Position numbers and translations under genes: made by a program. The notes under the pieces were generated by a model. The model had not been told where the DNA came from and ran no database searches. It was given only the letters and a program-made list of their open reading frames with translations. From contig JAFSUV010000069.1 of assembly GCA_017450425.1 (NCBI GenBank), positions 1 to 26,965 of the forward strand: a DNA stretch of 26,965 nucleotides. The letters run 5' to 3'. Shown here piece by piece: positions 24,218-26,965 of this stretch; the stretch's first letter is position 1; each line of letters begins with the position of its first letter. The stretch is from Kiritimatiellia bacterium (GTDB taxonomy: Bacteria; Verrucomicrobiota; Kiritimatiellia; RFP12; UBA3636).

Positions 24218-25729
24218 ATGACGCCCTGCGTCTGCGATGCGGCGTCTGAAAAGGGCCGGGGGCGCGTCCGCACCGACTCGCGGCTTGTTTCCCCCGGCGA
24301 CACGTTTGTCGCCGTCGGAGGGGCGAAGGCGGACGGCAACGACTTCGTCGCCGCCGCAATCGCGGCGGGTGCCGTGCGGATCGTTTCGCAGGCCGATCCG
24401 CCCCGCGACTTGCCAAGCGGCGTAGAGTGGATCAAGGCGGGCGACAGCCGCGCCGCAGCCGCCGCGTTCGCGTGTGCGGACTGCGGGCATCCGTCGCGCG
24501 AACTCGGCGTTTTCGCCGTGACCGGGACCAACGGCAAGACGACGGTTGCAAACCTCGTGCGGCATGTTTTGGACGCGAGCGGCATCCCGTGCGGATTGCT
24601 TTCGACGGTCGAGAACGACACTCATCCGCTTGCGCGCCCGCACCCCGTCGCCGCCGCGAACACCACGCCGGGGCCCGTCGAGTTGCAGACGCTTTTCCGC
24701 GACGCCATGCGCAACGGGTGCAAGGCCGTCGCGATGGAAGTCTCGTCGCATGCGCTCGACCAGCGCCGCATCGACGGCACACGCCTGCGGTGCGCGGCGT
24801 TTACGAACCTGACGCAGGACCACCTCGACTACCACGGCTCGATGGAGGCGTACGCCGGGGCCAAGCGGAAGTTGTTTTTTCCGGTCCCCGCGCCGGGGCC
24901 GTGCGCGATCGAAACGCCGCCGCCTAAAACGATGGTCGTCAATGCCGACGATCCGTTCGGCGCGGAACTCGCCCGCTGCCGGAAAGAACTTTTTCCCGGC
25001 GCGCCCGCGCTTACGTACGGCTTCTGCGAAGGCGCCGGCATCCGCGTTGAAATTTCCGGCATGGATTCGGATGGGATGGACGTCCGTTTCGACCTCGGCC
25101 GCAGTCCCGTCGGAGCCGCCCGGCCGGTGCGATTCCATTCGCGCCTTGTCGGGCGGCACAACGCCATGAATCTCGCCGCCGCGTTCGGCGCGGCGCTGTG
25201 TTTCGACCTTGATCCGGAGCGCGTCGCACAGGCTCTCGCCTCGGCGCGCCCCGTGCGCGGGCGGCTCGAGCCGGTGGCGGTTCCGGGGTCGCCCGCCGCC
25301 TTTTTCGTGGACTACGCGCACACGCCGGACGCCCTTTCCAAGGTTTTGTCAACGCTGCGGGAAATCGCCGGCGGCGGGCGTTTGTCCGTGGTGTTCGGGG
25401 CGGGCGGCGACCGCGACAGGACGAAGCGTCCGCTCATGGGCCTTGCGTGTGCGCAGGGCGCAGATCGCCTTGTCGTGACGAGCGACAATCCTCGCTCGGA
25501 AGATCCCGCGGCGATAATCGAAGACATCTTGCGCGGCATTCCGTCCGAATCGCTCGGCAAAGTCGCAGTCGAGCCCGACCGCGCGGCCGCGCTGCGCCTT
25601 GCCGTCGCACAGGCGGACCGGAGCGGGGACGTGGTCCTCGTCGCGGGAAAGGGGCATGAGACGTATCAGGTGCTCGCCGGCAAAACCATCCATTTCGACG
25701 ATCGCGAGATCTTGATGTCGTGCAACTGA
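24218..25729 (+). CDS. murE: UDP-N-acetylmuramoyl-dipeptide--meso-diaminopimelate ligase MurE
   Basis: TGTNGKTT, NTTPG, MEVSSHAL, NLTQDHLDYH, VDYAHTPDA, GDRDRTKR and GKGHETYQ motifs; DNPR motif indicates DAP specificity. Confidence 0.96.
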   Translation: MTPCVCDAASEKGRGRVRTDSRLVSPGDTFVAVGGAKADGNDFVAAAIAAGAVRIVSQADPPRDLPSGVEWIKAGDSRAAAAAFACADCGHPSRELGVFAVTGTNGKTTVANLVRHVLDASGIPCGLLSTVENDTHPLARPHPVAAANTTPGPVELQTLFRDAMRNGCKAVAMEVSSHALDQRRIDGTRLRCAAFTNLTQDHLDYHGSMEAYAGAKRKLFFPVPAPGPCAIETPPPKTMVVNADDPFGAELARCRKELFPGAPALTYGFCEGAGIRVEISGMDSDGMDVRFDLGRSPVGAARPVRFHSRLVGRHNAMNLAAAFGAALCFDLDPERVAQALASARPVRGRLEPVAVPGSPAAFFVDYAHTPDALSKVLSTLREIAGGGRLSVVFGAGGDRDRTKRPLMGLACAQGADRLVVTSDNPRSEDPAAIIEDILRGIPSESLGKVAVEPDRAAALRLAVAQADRSGDVVLVAGKGHETYQVLAGKTIHFDDREILMSCN

Positions 25730-26763
25730 ACGACTTGGGCAGACAAGCCGCGCCGCCGGTGCCGCGGGGCCGGCTCGCGCCATCCCCGACCGGCGCGCTT
25801 CATCTCGGAAACGCGCGGACGTTTCTCCTCGCCTGGCTCTCGATCCGGTCGCGCGGCGGGTCGCTGGTGCTCAGGGTCGAAGACCTCGACCATCCGAAGG
25901 TAAAGCCCGGCGCGGCGGAGCAGGCGATTGAAGACCTGCGCTGGCTCGGACTCGATTGGGACGAGGGGCCGGACTGCGGCGGCCCGTTTGCGCCGTACGT
26001 CCAGACGTCGCGCACCGCGCTCTACAAAGCCGCGCTTGAGACGCTGCGCGACGCCGGGCGGGTCTATCCGTGCGTCTGCTCGCGGCACGATGTCGAGCAG
26101 GCGCAGAGCGCGCCGCACCGCTCGCGATTCCGCTCGCTCGGCTACGAAGGGAAATGCCGCGGCCGTTTCCGCTCGTGGCGCGACGCCTGCGCCGCCTTGC
26201 CGCCAGGCCGGGCGCCTGTGTGGCGGTTCCGCTCCGAGCCGGGAGAAACCGCGTTCACCGACGTTTTCGCCGGCCTTCACGCGCAGGACAACGCGGTGCT
26301 CGGCGATTTCGCGATCGCGCGCGACGAGCACGGCGCCGGCTACCAGCTCGCGTGCGTGGTTGACGATGCCGCCATGCGCATCACCGAAGTCGTGCGCGGC
26401 GACGACCTCATGGAGGCGACGCACGCGCAGCTCGCGCTCCAACGCGCCCTGTCGCTGCCTTCGCCCGCGTATTTCCACGTCCCGCTCGTCGTGGCGCCCG
26501 ACGGCCACCGCCTCGCAAAGCGCCACGGCGATACGCGCCTCTGCGCCTTGCGCGCCTGCGGCGTCGCGCCCGAACTCGTTTGCGGCCTTCTTGCGTGGTG
26601 GAGCGGCATGGCCGGTTTCGGCGAAAAAATCGCGCCGCGCGACCTTTTGCAAAGATACGAAATGTCGAAAATCCCGCATCGCGCCGCCGTTCTCGACGAA
26701 AAAGCGTGGCAATATCTGAAAGTCGATCCGAAAATCACGGAAAACCCAGGCGTCCCTGCCTAA
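25720..26763 (+). CDS. gluQ: Glutamyl-queuosine tRNA(Asp) synthetase (GluRS catalytic-domain paralog); start uncertain
   Basis: GRLAPSPTGALHLGN (HIGH), RVEDLD, Zn-like CVCSR...Y..KC, YQLACVVDD, VRGDDL and RLAKR. About 347 aa with no anticodon-binding domain. Confidence 0.85.
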   Translation: MQLNDLGRQAAPPVPRGRLAPSPTGALHLGNARTFLLAWLSIRSRGGSLVLRVEDLDHPKVKPGAAEQAIEDLRWLGLDWDEGPDCGGPFAPYVQTSRTALYKAALETLRDAGRVYPCVCSRHDVEQAQSAPHRSRFRSLGYEGKCRGRFRSWRDACAALPPGRAPVWRFRSEPGETAFTDVFAGLHAQDNAVLGDFAIARDEHGAGYQLACVVDDAAMRITEVVRGDDLMEATHAQLALQRALSLPSPAYFHVPLVVAPDGHRLAKRHGDTRLCALRACGVAPELVCGLLAWWSGMAGFGEKIAPRDLLQRYEMSKIPHRAAVLDEKAWQYLKVDPKITENPGVPA

Positions 26764-26833
26764 TACCCCACCTTCGAAAACCCGCTCCCAGAGGGCATTT
26801 TGGAAGAAAAGCAAAATTCTTTATTTTTTTGTC

Positions 26834-26862
26834 TTGACTTCCATCCTGTCGATTGGTAATCT
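26834..26862 (+). promoter_or_regulatory. Sigma-70 promoter reading out of the window
   Basis: TTGACT, 17-nt spacer, TAATCT with TG at the extended -10 position. Preceded by an A/T-rich UP-like tract (about 26800-26830). Confidence 0.55.
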
Positions 26863-26965
26863 CTTGTCCCGTTGTGCGCAAATCCCGATTTTTTCGGTGC
26901 GCGCTCTTTGAAAAGGAAACCGCTTTTTCGGGCATGGCCCTCCAAAAGGGCGCACCGCCAAAGGC

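Overview
GC-rich bacterial chromosomal window, most consistent with a PVC-superphylum organism such as Kiritimatiellia. That placement is an inference from gene content and repeat style only. Positions 1-9.4 kb (+) hold the 3' half of a non-flagellar type III secretion (injectisome) operon in Ysc order, sctN-O-P-Q-R-S-T-U, followed by an ECF sigma factor, a 95-aa orphan and a bidirectional terminator. The operon has three unusual traits. (i) The ruler gene sctP carries two complete, catalytically intact COG4099-type alpha/beta-hydrolase domains between its N-terminus and its T3S4 domain. (ii) A four-helix-bundle (Avd/IVS-protein-like) gene sits between sctT and sctU inside four arrays of one 9-nt repeat arranged as forward x8, reverse x18, gene, forward x27, reverse x4. 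(iii) sctP, sctQ, sctR and sctT contain frame-preserving 7/8-nt tandem-repeat tracts, often as inverted pairs. The rest is mostly housekeeping: ilvB-tolB-pal (-); DUF1846, a prenyltransferase-repeat protein and a MATE-like protein (+); thyX (interrupted by an in-frame TAG), pdp, a methyltransferase, an orphan sugar-ABC ATPase and a NERD protein (-); a hypothetical protein, murE and gluQ (+). No rRNA, tRNA, CRISPR array, transposase, integrase or reverse transcriptase was seen.
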